From a virus (Duplodnaviria > Caudoviricetes), in IMG/VR virus record IMGVR_UViG_3300031260_000038, positions 1-64,000 of that record: DNA of 64,000 nt. One strand, given 5' to 3'. The translations under genes were made by a program, and so were the position numbers. The notes below the pieces were generated by a model. That model was not told where the DNA came from. It searched no databases and was given only the letters and a program-made list of their open reading frames with translations. How positions within the stretch are numbered: the first letter of the stretch is position 1; each line of letters starts with the position of its first letter. Shown here piece by piece: positions 48,739-59,470 of this stretch.

Positions 48739-48859
48739 TCCAAATCTCCTTAAAATTAAACAAAAAAATGGGGCAAGCCACACCAATATTTTCCAAATAA
48801 TATTGTTTTTATTGAAGTGAACTTGCCCTATTTTATATCTATAACTATACCATTATAGA

Positions 48860-49033
48860 TTATTTGTCTTTTTGTGAACAGCTTTGTTTAGATGATGTAT
48901 GCACGTATCTACCACGATTAGGACACCATCTTTGTTTTATACAGATATTGTTAAGAACTTTACACCAAAAAGGTTTGGTTCTTGTATCTTCTTGTAACAA
49001 AGCATTTTTACACAATTCTTCATCTCTGAACAA
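48860..49033 (-). CDS. small Cys-rich protein (57 aa, not in ORF track)
   Basis: RBS GGGG, TTG start; C...WC...C...WCP...C. Confidence 0.5.
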   Translation of the reverse strand: MFRDEELCKNALLQEDTRTKPFWCKVLNNICIKQRWCPNRGRYVHTSSKQSCSQKDK

Positions 49034-49049
49034 TTAAATCAGCCCCTAA

Positions 49050-50045
49050 TTAGGAAACGACAACTTTAACAACATCAGAAATGCCATCAAGTTCGACTGT
49101 TACATAAGTTGTTCCTGCCGCAACACCAGTAATAATACCAGTAGCCGCAACAGAAGCTGTAGCGGGTGTCTCTGATGTAAATGAAAGGTCAGCATTAGCA
49201 AGCAGTACAGGAGCATACTGAGCACCTCTCAGTCCATAAACTGAAAGAGTCTGTGTATCACCAACACCAAGAGCTATAGTAGCGGGTGTAGCCGCCAAAG
49301 CTGTATAAACAACATCATGACCAGTAATAGAAACCATCAGGTCTGCATACAAGCTATCGCCACAACCAGAAGCATAAGCCAAAGCAGTACCACCAAGATT
49401 CGTACTAGAAACACCATCAGGTGTCATAGCAATCTCGATAGAACCATTAAGCTGTAGTCTCGGAATTATAATCTGAAGCTTGCCAATTATACCAGTATTA
49501 TCACCGATATCAGCGTTAAGAACAGCCTTAACAATCTTAGGAATACCCGCACCTGTAATGCTGATTTTTTCAACATTAGGAATAGATGACTGATAATAAA
49601 CTTCAATAGTCTCACCTGCTAAAGCCGCAAATGTTACATTTTTATTATCGACACCAGAAGGTACTGCCGAATAAGTTGTGCCGTTATGTCTTGCAAAAAC
49701 AACATCATTAACAGCAGACTTAGCTAAAGTTCCTGCACCTGTTTCGTCAAGAACTACACACTCTCCAAACTGATAAAGGTCTTCAGAACCAGTCTGAATA
49801 GCATTACCTGTCTGCAAAGCCAAAAGTTGATACTCGAAAGCGGCGCTTGTCATTGCAAGGTCAACAACACGGCTATGTTTATACTCATAAACCTTTTCGT
49901 TACCTTTACCAGCTCTGATTTCATTAGTATCAATACTAGAAGTAATAGATGTATCTGTATTGGCTTTTGCAACACCAATAAGAACATCTGTTGAAGGGTC
50001 AAACAGAGCAACCTCTGCGACACTTACTACAAATAATTCATTCAT
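49050..50045 (-). CDS. major tail (tube) protein with C-terminal Ig-like domain
   Basis: EIRAGKGN, QIIIPRLQLNG, C-terminal Big_2-like SETPATASV.ATG.ITGVAAGT. Confidence 0.8.
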   Translation of the reverse strand: MNELFVVSVAEVALFDPSTDVLIGVAKANTDTSITSSIDTNEIRAGKGNEKVYEYKHSRVVDLAMTSAAFEYQLLALQTGNAIQTGSEDLYQFGECVVLDETGAGTLAKSAVNDVVFARHNGTTYSAVPSGVDNKNVTFAALAGETIEVYYQSSIPNVEKISITGAGIPKIVKAVLNADIGDNTGIIGKLQIIIPRLQLNGSIEIAMTPDGVSSTNLGGTALAYASGCGDSLYADLMVSITGHDVVYTALAATPATIALGVGDTQTLSVYGLRGAQYAPVLLANADLSFTSETPATASVAATGIITGVAAGTTYVTVELDGISDVVKVVVS

Positions 50046-50060
50046 TATTAATTATCCCCC

Positions 50061-50867
50061 TTATTTTTGAGAAACTTTTTCATTAAATTCACCAACAAAT
50101 TTTGATAAAGCTATTCTTGCAGAACCATACTCGTCTATGTCTTCAAGATGTCTAAACCAATGCTGTAACTCTTCTTTAAATTTAACATTACCAGAAAGCT
50201 CAGCCGCTTTGTTGACTCTCCATTCGTCTATATTTACCATTCTTCTAACATTATTAAGAAATTTATAAATAGGCTCTTGCTTAATTTCTTCATAAGAAAA
50301 ACCAGTCCAAACATGGTAATAATCTACCATATCTTCTGTTGTAACTTTCCCTGTATGATTTAGTTTAGCTCGCTCTGCATTAACTTCATCAAGCCGTTTC
50401 TCCATCTCTTCACTAAGAGTGTAATCAACATCTTTTAAGCCATTAACTTTGAGCAAATAAAGTCTTAATTTCTCAAAACCATCTTCATCTAAAATTTGCT
50501 TGTCTTTAATGTTTTTGTCGTAATGGTTATATAACATCTTATATTGTCCATCATCATCATTTATAAAATTTAATGATAAATATTGTTCTTCTTCAAGAGA
50601 AAGTATAAAAACTGTTAAAAACATATTTCTATACATATCACCTTCTCCATCAGGCTTACTAAATAAATAATTAAATAAAAAATTCAAATAACTAGACTTT
50701 ATAATATTTATATCAGGTATTCTATTTTTCTTTTGTTTTAATACAGAAATAGCATACATAAAATTTAAATAATATTCCATTTTTACAGGATATATCATTA
50801 GCCCTTCAAATGGTATAGCATCACCAAACAAGTTAATATAATTAACATTCATCGTTAGAAGCACCAC
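50061..50867 (-). CDS. hypothetical tail-assembly protein
   Basis: Structural-operon position. Confidence 0.5.
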   Translation of the reverse strand: MVLLTMNVNYINLFGDAIPFEGLMIYPVKMEYYLNFMYAISVLKQKKNRIPDINIIKSSYLNFLFNYLFSKPDGEGDMYRNMFLTVFILSLEEEQYLSLNFINDDDGQYKMLYNHYDKNIKDKQILDEDGFEKLRLYLLKVNGLKDVDYTLSEEMEKRLDEVNAERAKLNHTGKVTTEDMVDYYHVWTGFSYEEIKQEPIYKFLNNVRRMVNIDEWRVNKAAELSGNVKFKEELQHWFRHLEDIDEYGSARIALSKFVGEFNEKVSQK

Positions 50868-51390
50868 CTGTTAGAACAAATCCAAACAATTGATAGCCTG
50901 TCATAACATCATTATAAAATTTATATTTTAACATGTCTTGATGTCTATTATTAAAGAAAGCCATTTTACCTATACTACCAACATCTTCACCATTTAATTC
51001 TGATAGTATTTCAATTATAATCTGCATTACCCTACGTTGACCGTTTGATAATACCCAAAGTTCCTGATGACAAACTATATCAAAGCTATATCTAACTCTG
51101 CCCTTATATGGGTCAATTGAGCTAATGCTTGCTTCATATATTCTAATTTCTGCTCGCTGTCCTTCAGTAACAAAGTAAGTAGGAGCAATATTAAATATTC
51201 TACATTTGTCTCTATCAGTTTGTCTTATAAGACCTAATTTTTGGTCTTGTGTTAAGTTGGGTTTATCAAGAGCATTAGCATCAGGGTAATAAAGTAATTT
51301 AGCTATTTTATCATTATTAACAATCTTTATGGCAATATTATTATAAATATCGTCTAATCTGTTAAAATTTGTCCAATTGCTCATGTCCAC
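50842..51390 (-). CDS. probable tail terminator / head-tail protein
   Basis: Structural-operon position; FDIVCH..LW. Confidence 0.5.
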   Translation of the reverse strand: MDMSNWTNFNRLDDIYNNIAIKIVNNDKIAKLLYYPDANALDKPNLTQDQKLGLIRQTDRDKCRIFNIAPTYFVTEGQRAEIRIYEASISSIDPYKGRVRYSFDIVCHQELWVLSNGQRRVMQIIIEILSELNGEDVGSIGKMAFFNNRHQDMLKYKFYNDVMTGYQLFGFVLTGGASNDEC

Positions 51391-52607
51391 ATACTCCTAA
51401 TGCCTATCTCTTTAGTCAATATATCACCGTTTTCTCCTTCAGCCACCAGTATAAAACTTTTAGCCGTTGCAGGAACTGTGACATCACAACTAAAATTATC
51501 AATTTGTGTTATCTTAATAGTGTTATCTACACAACTGAAATCATAAATGTTTGAAATATTATTTTCAACTAAATATCTGTAAGTTCCACCAAATCTTGTA
51601 ATGTCTTCGCCAACAATGTATGCCGTTGCGTTTGCCGCCTTAACTTCAATTGTTATAGTTGCAGAAATGAGAGGGTTCGCATCTAAAGCAATTGTTATAA
51701 AAGCAAAGCCTTCAGACAATGCAGTAACATTATTTCCATTAATAGAAATAATTTCATCATTACTACTTGTTAAAGTACAGCTTTCAGACACAATATTTGC
51801 CGATTTATATACATTATAAACAACTGTTTCACTATCACCAATATTTAAAGAAAAATCACCAGTAGAAGCCACAATGGAATAATCACCGCTAACAACATTG
51901 TCAGCAATTCTATTTACCATATCGTCATAATCTTCATTAAACTGATGTTCTTCAGCTGAAATTTCTATAAGTCCTTTATGTGTAGTTTTTTCAACATTAG
52001 CTACACGCCATGCCATATCATTAAAAATAAATCGCATATCACGCTTAATCTTTAATGAATTTTCATTTTCTTGCAAAACAACAAATCTCTGGTTTCCACC
52101 AAGTCTCATTGTTTTATCAAAATCAACATTATTATAAGTATAAGTAAATTTAAAATAGTCAATTACACAAGGTTCTTCTAAAATATTACCATATTCATCT
52201 CGCCACTTTAGGCTAGAATTACAACGCCTTAAAATTCCACTTTTAGTAATAGATGTTATATTGTCTGTATTAAAACAAAGCCAATAATCATTATTGTAAG
52301 TGAATCTAGCGCCAATACGAAAATCAATATCTACAGAAGAAGGCAATATTTTTAGATAATCGTCACCTATATAGGCGTTTTTGTCAGGCGTTAAAACCCG
52401 CTCAAGCCTAGCAGTTATATCACTAAAACTGTTAGAACCCACGATGCTTTCATAACCAACCTTAAATACATCTGTTGCCATTTCAAATTCTGAATCTATT
52501 TTAGATTGCATTTGTTCTTTTTGATATTCTCTATAGTCGCTAACTTTAGAAGAGTTTGCTCCAATGAGAAAATCATTTGTCTTTATAACCTTCCCCACTA
52601 AGTTCAA
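51381..52607 (-). CDS. head-closure-like protein with Ig-like domain
   Basis: LRRCNSSLKW, RFIFN..AW, SSNDEI.SING.VTAL.EG. Confidence 0.55.
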   Translation of the reverse strand: MNLVGKVIKTNDFLIGANSSKVSDYREYQKEQMQSKIDSEFEMATDVFKVGYESIVGSNSFSDITARLERVLTPDKNAYIGDDYLKILPSSVDIDFRIGARFTYNNDYWLCFNTDNITSITKSGILRRCNSSLKWRDEYGNILEEPCVIDYFKFTYTYNNVDFDKTMRLGGNQRFVVLQENENSLKIKRDMRFIFNDMAWRVANVEKTTHKGLIEISAEEHQFNEDYDDMVNRIADNVVSGDYSIVASTGDFSLNIGDSETVVYNVYKSANIVSESCTLTSSNDEIISINGNNVTALSEGFAFITIALDANPLISATITIEVKAANATAYIVGEDITRFGGTYRYLVENNISNIYDFSCVDNTIKITQIDNFSCDVTVPATAKSFILVAEGENGDILTKEIGIRSMWT

Positions 52608-52947
52608 CTCCTATCTTCTCGACTATATCTATACATTCAAAAACACGCTTTTTATACCTTTTATGTTGAGCACTATTCTTGTTATCAAAGAATAATTTAG
52701 GCATGGCTGAAAGTTTAGCCATTAAATCAACAAAGAAAAAACTATCTTTAAAAACAACTTCCTGTGCACCGTCAAGCTCGGCTATGATAGACTCATAATA
52801 ACTTTTAAAGTCATCTTCGCTACCTTCTCTGACAGGAAGTAGTTTGTATATTTTGCCAACAAGTCTTTTGATATAATTTATTTTTTGTTCTTCAGAAAAG
52901 TAAAAGCTCATTATCTTCGCCGCCTGTCTGACAAAGCAGTTTTCCAA
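52573..52947 (-). CDS. hypothetical structural-module protein
   Basis: KIYKLLP.RE...VFECI; the start is probably internal. Confidence 0.5.
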   Translation of the reverse strand: MENCFVRQAAKIMSFYFSEEQKINYIKRLVGKIYKLLPVREGSEDDFKSYYESIIAELDGAQEVVFKDSFFFVDLMAKLSAMPKLFFDNKNSAQHKRYKKRVFECIDIVEKIGVELSGEGYKDK

Positions 52948-53561
52948 GAAAGCAACTGCATTTTCTTTTCGGCTTCTTCTCTAATAGAAATATACCAATT
53001 ATTTTTTTCTTTAAGACTGTTAGCTTCGGATATTAGCTTGAAATCCTTATCATTTATTAATCTTCTTATATCAAGTAAAAAATTTCTTTCTTTTTCAGCC
53101 CATGCCTTTACCAAAAATAAAGAAAGTATTTCCTGCTCTGCTAAATCTAAATCATCATTAAACTGTCCATCTATATAAATATTAACTATTACATTATCTA
53201 CACCTTCTGATGGTATTATTGGCAATGTTACTACATAATTATCTATGCTTATTGCATATTTTGTTCCATCAATTGTGCAATAAAAACTTGCATTAGTTAA
53301 ATCTAAAGTTGTATCAGTCAAATTAAATGTATTTGTTTCCCCATCACCGCTGAATATTTCTGTATAAAAAGTCGGCTCGGTAAAATTATTCAGTTTTATA
53401 GCAGTAGCCGCAGGCATAACAAAATCGGCAATAGCCGCCTTCATTCTCTGGTACATAATACCATAAAAATCCTGTGGGCTTTCTCTGTAATTTTTAGAAA
53501 GAATAGGGTCATCAAACCTTGAAATGGCTTGACTATAAATTGTGGTAAATCCTATCACCAC
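52911..53561 (-). CDS. probable head-tail adaptor
   Basis: Position; EQEIL...W...DF...S.AN.L. Confidence 0.5.
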   Translation of the reverse strand: MVIGFTTIYSQAISRFDDPILSKNYRESPQDFYGIMYQRMKAAIADFVMPAATAIKLNNFTEPTFYTEIFSGDGETNTFNLTDTTLDLTNASFYCTIDGTKYAISIDNYVVTLPIIPSEGVDNVIVNIYIDGQFNDDLDLAEQEILSLFLVKAWAEKERNFLLDIRRLINDKDFKLISEANSLKEKNNWYISIREEAEKKMQLLSWKTALSDRRRR

Positions 53562-53572
53562 TCAGCCCCCCT

Positions 53573-54292
53573 TTACCCTGCCATCTTTTTAGCTTTTTTG
53601 TATTCATCAGCAATAGCTTGTATGTCTTTATCACTAGCTTCGCTAAGAGCTTCTATTTTGTTCTTATCATTAAAACCACTAATACCTTCAACACTATTTT
53701 TTACAAACATATCAACAATCATAGCCTTATACTTATCATTCGTTCTCTTATAAAGACCAACAAGACTTTCGGAATCAAGCTCACCAAGTTTGTCCATCAT
53801 CTTTTTATCAATAAAATCTTTATATTTTCCTTCAAGACCAAAATTCTTAATAAGCTCGCTGTCATCAAAAACAAATGCACCAGACTCAGCAAATCGCCTA
53901 TTCATTCTAGCAACGTTAGCGGCGGCTTCATATCTAATATATTGTTTATCACCATAACCATAAAGAGTTACAAATTCTCCTGCATGACCGCTTTTAAGTG
54001 TTAAACTTTCGCCGTCATACATGCAAAGAATAGAAACAATTCTATTAGGGTCAGGACCATTATAAACATTAGTTGTTTCAGCCGTTACCGCAACTGGCTT
54101 CTCGGCTAATTGTTTTTGTAGTTGTGATATTGTTTTCTGCTGTTCTTCAATCAGCTTCATAATAGCATCAATATCAGCACTATTGTCTCTTTTTTCAACA
54201 ATATCAGGAACTACGGGTTTAGTCACAGCCGCCTTCGGCTTACTTGCTGTAGTAGTTTTTCGTGTTGTAGTTTTCTTAGGTTCTGTTGCCAT
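53573..54292 (-). CDS. hypothetical protein downstream of the capsid gene
   Basis: K/T-rich N-terminus and coiled coil. Confidence 0.55.
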   Translation of the reverse strand: MATEPKKTTTRKTTTASKPKAAVTKPVVPDIVEKRDNSADIDAIMKLIEEQQKTISQLQKQLAEKPVAVTAETTNVYNGPDPNRIVSILCMYDGESLTLKSGHAGEFVTLYGYGDKQYIRYEAAANVARMNRRFAESGAFVFDDSELIKNFGLEGKYKDFIDKKMMDKLGELDSESLVGLYKRTNDKYKAMIVDMFVKNSVEGISGFNDKNKIEALSEASDKDIQAIADEYKKAKKMAG

Positions 54293-54371
54293 TTTTTAAA
54301 TTCTCCTTTTATTCAATTAGGGGCAAGGCTTACGCCCCACCCCCGCAAAAATCAAATATTATTTTTAATTA

Positions 54372-55544
54372 TTAGCCTAAGTCCATGATACCATACCATG
54401 CTGATGTAGCAACTGATACGCCATACTTATGCTTAACAGAGATAACAAGCTCTCTATCAGCCATTGTCTCAGGAGCTGACTCAATCTGCATTGAACCACC
54501 TTCCATAACAATCTTAACAGGTCTGTCACTTACTAGCGGCAAGAAATAAAGTCTGGTGTCATCTGCCAACATTTCAAAAGTACCTGAACTATGTACAGTA
54601 CCCTTCTTGATAGCATTAGGCATCAGCATCAGGTTAGTACCCTTATAAGTACCAACATAACCCGCATTAACATACTCAGGCGAAATTCCATACAGAAGAC
54701 CATCAGCAGAAGGAATTACTGAACCAAGAGCTGTTCTTGTACCTGTAACAAAAATAGAAGCATTAGCATTAGCCGCAGAAATTCTATCACTCATTGTCAG
54801 CCAGTTAGCATCAGTAAAACCACCAAGTTTCAGAGCGGCAGGGAGCGTAGCATAACTATCATCAAGAGTCTTATAAACTCTATAACCGATGTCATGAGCA
54901 AAGCTGTTAGCAACTCTTGTTACCCAATCGCCCAAGTCAAATCTGCCTGTTACCATCTTGAACCAGTCAATAGCGATAGTAACATCGTAATTCTCTGTCT
55001 TAACAATAAACTCTGTGTCATAGATTCTCTGGATAGCTCCATGTCTCTCACCAGTAGAACTTCTGTTTACTGTGAACAACTGGCTAGAAGGAACTTCAAA
55101 CTTAGCTGTATCACCAAAAGCTGTATCTCTTACTTCGCCAAATCCTGCATAGTTGAAAGCAACGATACCAGATGTGATTGAAGGGAGGGCCATAGCCATA
55201 ATAGCATAGAACCTGTTCTGGAAAGAACTGTTTTTCTTAATCATAGGGTTCTTCATTGACTCAGGATTCTCGATGTCAGCATAGTCAATGCCTTCGCAAG
55301 AATACTTTAGAATAGCCTTTGAAAGAGCCTTATTCTTTTCGTCATAATCCTTATCGTCAGAATATGTAGAGAAAAAGCTGTTTTTCTCTGCCATAACTGC
55401 CTGATTGTAAGGTGTAATCAAAGAATTTCCCTTATGCTGTTTGTACATGAAGTGTTTTGAAAGGTCAACCAGACCTTCTACACAAGCATTGAAAGTTTCG
55501 CCTGCGGCGGGAACTGTCTCTGCACTAAAAAACTTATTAATCAT
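54372..55544 (-). CDS. major capsid protein
   Basis: 390 aa after protease and decoration genes; FGDTAKFEV, IDWFKM, followed by a hairpin terminator. Confidence 0.8.
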   Translation of the reverse strand: MINKFFSAETVPAAGETFNACVEGLVDLSKHFMYKQHKGNSLITPYNQAVMAEKNSFFSTYSDDKDYDEKNKALSKAILKYSCEGIDYADIENPESMKNPMIKKNSSFQNRFYAIMAMALPSITSGIVAFNYAGFGEVRDTAFGDTAKFEVPSSQLFTVNRSSTGERHGAIQRIYDTEFIVKTENYDVTIAIDWFKMVTGRFDLGDWVTRVANSFAHDIGYRVYKTLDDSYATLPAALKLGGFTDANWLTMSDRISAANANASIFVTGTRTALGSVIPSADGLLYGISPEYVNAGYVGTYKGTNLMLMPNAIKKGTVHSSGTFEMLADDTRLYFLPLVSDRPVKIVMEGGSMQIESAPETMADRELVISVKHKYGVSVATSAWYGIMDLG

Positions 55545-55601
55545 TTTGTAATATCTCCTTTATTATTTCTTAAATTTTATTGTAATTTTAATACTTATTT
55601 A

Positions 55602-56165
55602 TTAAGGGTTTACTAAATCAGCGATAGGTGTATTCCTAACAACTCTAACAAGAGTTCCTGCACCAACATATGTGTTTCCAACTACGACAGGAATGTCTCT
55701 AGCAAGAATTTCGCCTGCAAAAGCATAACCAGTAATAGCATCAGCAAGAATAAATTTACCTTCCTGTCCAGCTGTTGTATCGACAACAATGTATTTCTGT
55801 GTAGTATAAGTACCATTAATAGCTGTATTCTCAATTACAAATTCATCAAAAGGCTGAAGAACTCTTGCTCTTGTAGCATAATTAGCAGGATTGTAAAAAG
55901 CTCTCGGGTCTTTCAGACCAACGTCATAACCTTCAGCAGTACCATTACCATCACCATCAATGATAGCAACGATGTCAGCGGCGGTAGAAGTCAATTCTGC
56001 TGAAAAGCAGTTAGCATCTGTCTCACCAAAAATTGTATCAGTAGGAGCACCAATAACAACGGCTGTACCGTTGTCACAGTCAGCATCAAGAACGACAGTC
56101 TTTACAAGAGAGTCAATGTTCTGTGAAGCCATCAAGCTAGGCTTAAAGATTTTGTGTGTATTCAT
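55602..56165 (-). CDS. head decoration / auxiliary capsid protein
   Basis: Between scaffold/protease and MCP; DNG..V..G, F.NPA....RAR.L...D.F. Confidence 0.6.
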   Translation of the reverse strand: MNTHKIFKPSLMASQNIDSLVKTVVLDADCDNGTAVVIGAPTDTIFGETDANCFSAELTSTAADIVAIIDGDGNGTAEGYDVGLKDPRAFYNPANYATRARVLQPFDEFVIENTAINGTYTTQKYIVVDTTAGQEGKFILADAITGYAFAGEILARDIPVVVGNTYVGAGTLVRVVRNTPIADLVNP

Positions 56166-56187
56166 GTTTAATTATCTCCTTTATTTT

Positions 56188-57885
56188 TTATACTTTTTCA
56201 ATTATATCCCAACAGCCATTTTTGGCTTTGGTTTCCTGCTTTTTACCAACAGGAATTTTATAACTAACATCTTCAAAAGAACCATTCTTTACGATATGAT
56301 ACAAAATATCTTTTTCAAGTTTTTCTGCATCTTCATAATGAACAATCTTTTCTGTCCACTCAGCCGTACCTTCTTTGCCAAGTTTCTCTTCATAAGTTTT
56401 AACTACTTTTGAAAGCTCTGCATTAAGTTTTTCCTGCTCGTATTTTTCGTTTTTACAAGCGAACTCTTCTTTTTCAGCCTTCTCTTTTTCTAGTTCAGCT
56501 TTTGTAGTATCAAGCTCTGCTTTAACTTCTTCAAACTGAATATTCTTTTCATTTAATTCGTTTTCTTTTGCGGTTTTTTCTTCAAACACCTTAGAAACAA
56601 CTTTATTAAATCCGTCTGATTCCATGTAAGAGACTGTTTCAGAACCATCTTCTGCAACTTCGCTAAGTGCAAAACGTATATTAAGTTCCTTTTCATCTTC
56701 TTCCATTAGCAATGTCTCTTCGCCTTCTGCATCTTCACAAGGTTCTACAGCGTATTTCTTAGCAAAGAATTTCATAACGCCATCTTCAATCTTAGCATAA
56801 GATACAAAATTGTCGTTTACGGATATTAAGTTGTCACCAAATTGTTCAGAGAAAAAAGCCATAATTTTTTCGTTGAGCAAATCAGCACCACCTTCAAATT
56901 TGATGTTGTCAAATTCTTTCCAAACACCAATCTTTTTTTCTACCTTGATTAATCTAGCGTTTACTGCTGAATAATAAGGCTCGTCTTTATTGCGTTCCAA
57001 GAACCCTCTCGCACTCGAAACCGCTTTTCTGTTATAAACAAGTTTGCCATTTATTATTTGACAAACAGGATAACCAAGTTTTTCTGATGGAGCATCTAAC
57101 CACCCATCTTCTATTAACATATAACATTTTTCAACAAGCTGTTCGTAATTTTCTGCCGCAAGTATCTGCTTTCTAAGCTCTATCTTATCGACATCACCCC
57201 AATCGGTGTCTGACACGCTTGTTTTCTTTAGGTCAATTTTAATTCTATCACCGTAGCCGTATTCAGGTTCGCTCTCAAAAGCAAGCATAAGGGATTGTGA
57301 AAAATTATCAAAGTCTTCTTTTACTATACTCTTAGCACCCCTAATACCAGTTTTCCTATCTTTACCTAAAAATGTTACCGATAATGGCGTAAAATCTTTT
57401 ATAACCTGAACACCATTATCATCATAATAATCGTCAACAACTATTTCCATTGAAATGTTATTCATTTTATTCTTTAATAACAACGATTCAATATCTCTAT
57501 TTCTTTCGCTCCAAATAATTGCATCAGCAACTATCCACTTTTTACCATCTTCTTTACTAATACTTATTCTAGGATTACCACTTTCAGGAATAAGACCGAT
57601 AGGCGTTTCAATATATTCATATTCACCCCAACCATCTTCGTCTACACCTTTAAATAAAACTTCATGTCCTAAAAAATCTTTCTTAGCTTTTTCGTATTTA
57701 GCTGAAAGAGAAATATTCCTAAATTTTTGAACAGCAGAGTCTAAACTCTCAGCAAGGAAATTAGACTTATTAGGATTTTCCCCTTCGCTAACAATCCATA
57801 ATTCTACTGGCAAAAATCTTTTATCTCTTTTATAAGAAGTATCTTCAAAATGTTTAATTATACATTTTACAGTTTTAAGAATCAT
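56188..57885 (-). CDS. prohead protease-scaffold fusion
   Basis: NPNKSNF, E.P.G.IP, SMEI, VTFLG; acidic coiled-coil C-terminal half. Confidence 0.7.
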   Translation of the reverse strand: MILKTVKCIIKHFEDTSYKRDKRFLPVELWIVSEGENPNKSNFLAESLDSAVQKFRNISLSAKYEKAKKDFLGHEVLFKGVDEDGWGEYEYIETPIGLIPESGNPRISISKEDGKKWIVADAIIWSERNRDIESLLLKNKMNNISMEIVVDDYYDDNGVQVIKDFTPLSVTFLGKDRKTGIRGAKSIVKEDFDNFSQSLMLAFESEPEYGYGDRIKIDLKKTSVSDTDWGDVDKIELRKQILAAENYEQLVEKCYMLIEDGWLDAPSEKLGYPVCQIINGKLVYNRKAVSSARGFLERNKDEPYYSAVNARLIKVEKKIGVWKEFDNIKFEGGADLLNEKIMAFFSEQFGDNLISVNDNFVSYAKIEDGVMKFFAKKYAVEPCEDAEGEETLLMEEDEKELNIRFALSEVAEDGSETVSYMESDGFNKVVSKVFEEKTAKENELNEKNIQFEEVKAELDTTKAELEKEKAEKEEFACKNEKYEQEKLNAELSKVVKTYEEKLGKEGTAEWTEKIVHYEDAEKLEKDILYHIVKNGSFEDVSYKIPVGKKQETKAKNGCWDIIEKV

Positions 57886-59453
57886 TAACTAAGCCCCCTT
57901 CCTTCGCTTGTGTTAGCACCGCTTTCAGCACTATCTATAGAACCATCACTTGTCATTTCTTCTTCATCTAATGCGGGTCTACCACCATTGCTCTCTTCAT
58001 CAGAAGATGTTGTAAATGATGTAGGCGGTACTCTAAACATATCATAAATACCAAAAGCATCAACAAGTTCCATAGAACTCTTAGCAGTAACCAAATCTTG
58101 ATTACTAAAACTTAAATATTCAAGGTACATATTAGTATTACCACTATCTATCATTTGTTTTACTTCTTTAAATCTTTCGCCATCAGTAAAAACATTTCCA
58201 GACATAACAAAACTACAAGAATCAAAATTCATTATCTTAAAGTGCATATTTATAAACTTCATAAATTGTCCATATATACCATCTATAAATCTTGATTCAA
58301 TTATTTGCTGTGTTTTAATAGCACTCATAGAAGGTTTGTCGCTTGTATTAATAAGACCACCAAGAGCTTCATTATAGAAGTTAGAAATACTATCTCCAAC
58401 AATATTATTTCTTGTCTGTGAGTTATCAAAACTAAATGATTTAAAGTCTTCAAACGGAGCGGCTACAAAGTCAACATTGTCTGGCAAACTTGCCCTAATA
58501 GAGTTTTCATAAAGAACACAAAGTTCAGGCGTAATTGCTGTGTCATCAAGATAAGCACCAGATTTATTGTTCTTTTGTAGTGGAACAGTAGCAGTCAATA
58601 TCTGATTTAAAGGTATTTCAAGTAACTGCTGTTGTAACAATTTATAACTATCTAAATCGTTAGCGTTAATAAATTGTGCCATTAGTGGCGGTACTGCTTC
58701 AGCAACTGTTTCATCAAAACTAAATACAAAGGCATCTTTTATAGGTATTTCAGCCCAATATAAAAATTTCTGGTAACGCTTTTCTACCTGAAAAATATCA
58801 GGAACTTTGCCAATTATTTTATTTTTGATAGGGTCATAAACCTTGTTTAATTGATTATATATCTCTCTAAATGATTCAGGAAAATAATCAACACTAACAC
58901 CTTCTGTTATAAAATACATAAAATTAAATGCTATCTGATAACCATAAGGCGTTCTATAAACAACCTTCCACCAATCAGAAGGCAATCTCTGTAGAACCAT
59001 TCCGCTATTAGTATCTCTAACAGCATAGGCGACCTTACCTTCACGCATCACTTCTAAGACTATTTCCCTAAATGTTTTCTTAGGGTCTATAGATTTTATC
59101 CATTTTACAGCTTGTTCATATTCGTTCTTAAAAACTTTTGCCTTAATAGCACTATTCGGCTCTACCCACCATCTATAACTAAGAATATCAGAATACAAAT
59201 GAGTTTCTTTCATTATCTGTGTTATAGAATTATAAAAATACCAACTGATAGCTCTAAGAGATTGCTCATTATCAGCGGGATTCTCTAACATCTTTTGTAG
59301 CTCAGACCTTGTTTTTCTGCTAGGTGATGTCTTTACCTTTTTGAGTCTATTATTTTGTGAATAAGGATTAAAAACTGCCTGAAAAGAATTTTTAACATCA
59401 AGCTCTTCAGTTAATCTTTTCCACATATCATATGCTTTCATTTCTTCAGCCAA
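57885..59453 (-). CDS. portal protein
   Basis: 522 aa after the terminase; acidic tail with GGRP motif. Confidence 0.8.
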   Translation of the reverse strand: MAEEMKAYDMWKRLTEELDVKNSFQAVFNPYSQNNRLKKVKTSPSRKTRSELQKMLENPADNEQSLRAISWYFYNSITQIMKETHLYSDILSYRWWVEPNSAIKAKVFKNEYEQAVKWIKSIDPKKTFREIVLEVMREGKVAYAVRDTNSGMVLQRLPSDWWKVVYRTPYGYQIAFNFMYFITEGVSVDYFPESFREIYNQLNKVYDPIKNKIIGKVPDIFQVEKRYQKFLYWAEIPIKDAFVFSFDETVAEAVPPLMAQFINANDLDSYKLLQQQLLEIPLNQILTATVPLQKNNKSGAYLDDTAITPELCVLYENSIRASLPDNVDFVAAPFEDFKSFSFDNSQTRNNIVGDSISNFYNEALGGLINTSDKPSMSAIKTQQIIESRFIDGIYGQFMKFINMHFKIMNFDSCSFVMSGNVFTDGERFKEVKQMIDSGNTNMYLEYLSFSNQDLVTAKSSMELVDAFGIYDMFRVPPTSFTTSSDEESNGGRPALDEEEMTSDGSIDSAESGANTSEGRGLS

Positions 59454-59470
59454 AGATTTTCACCACCCTT

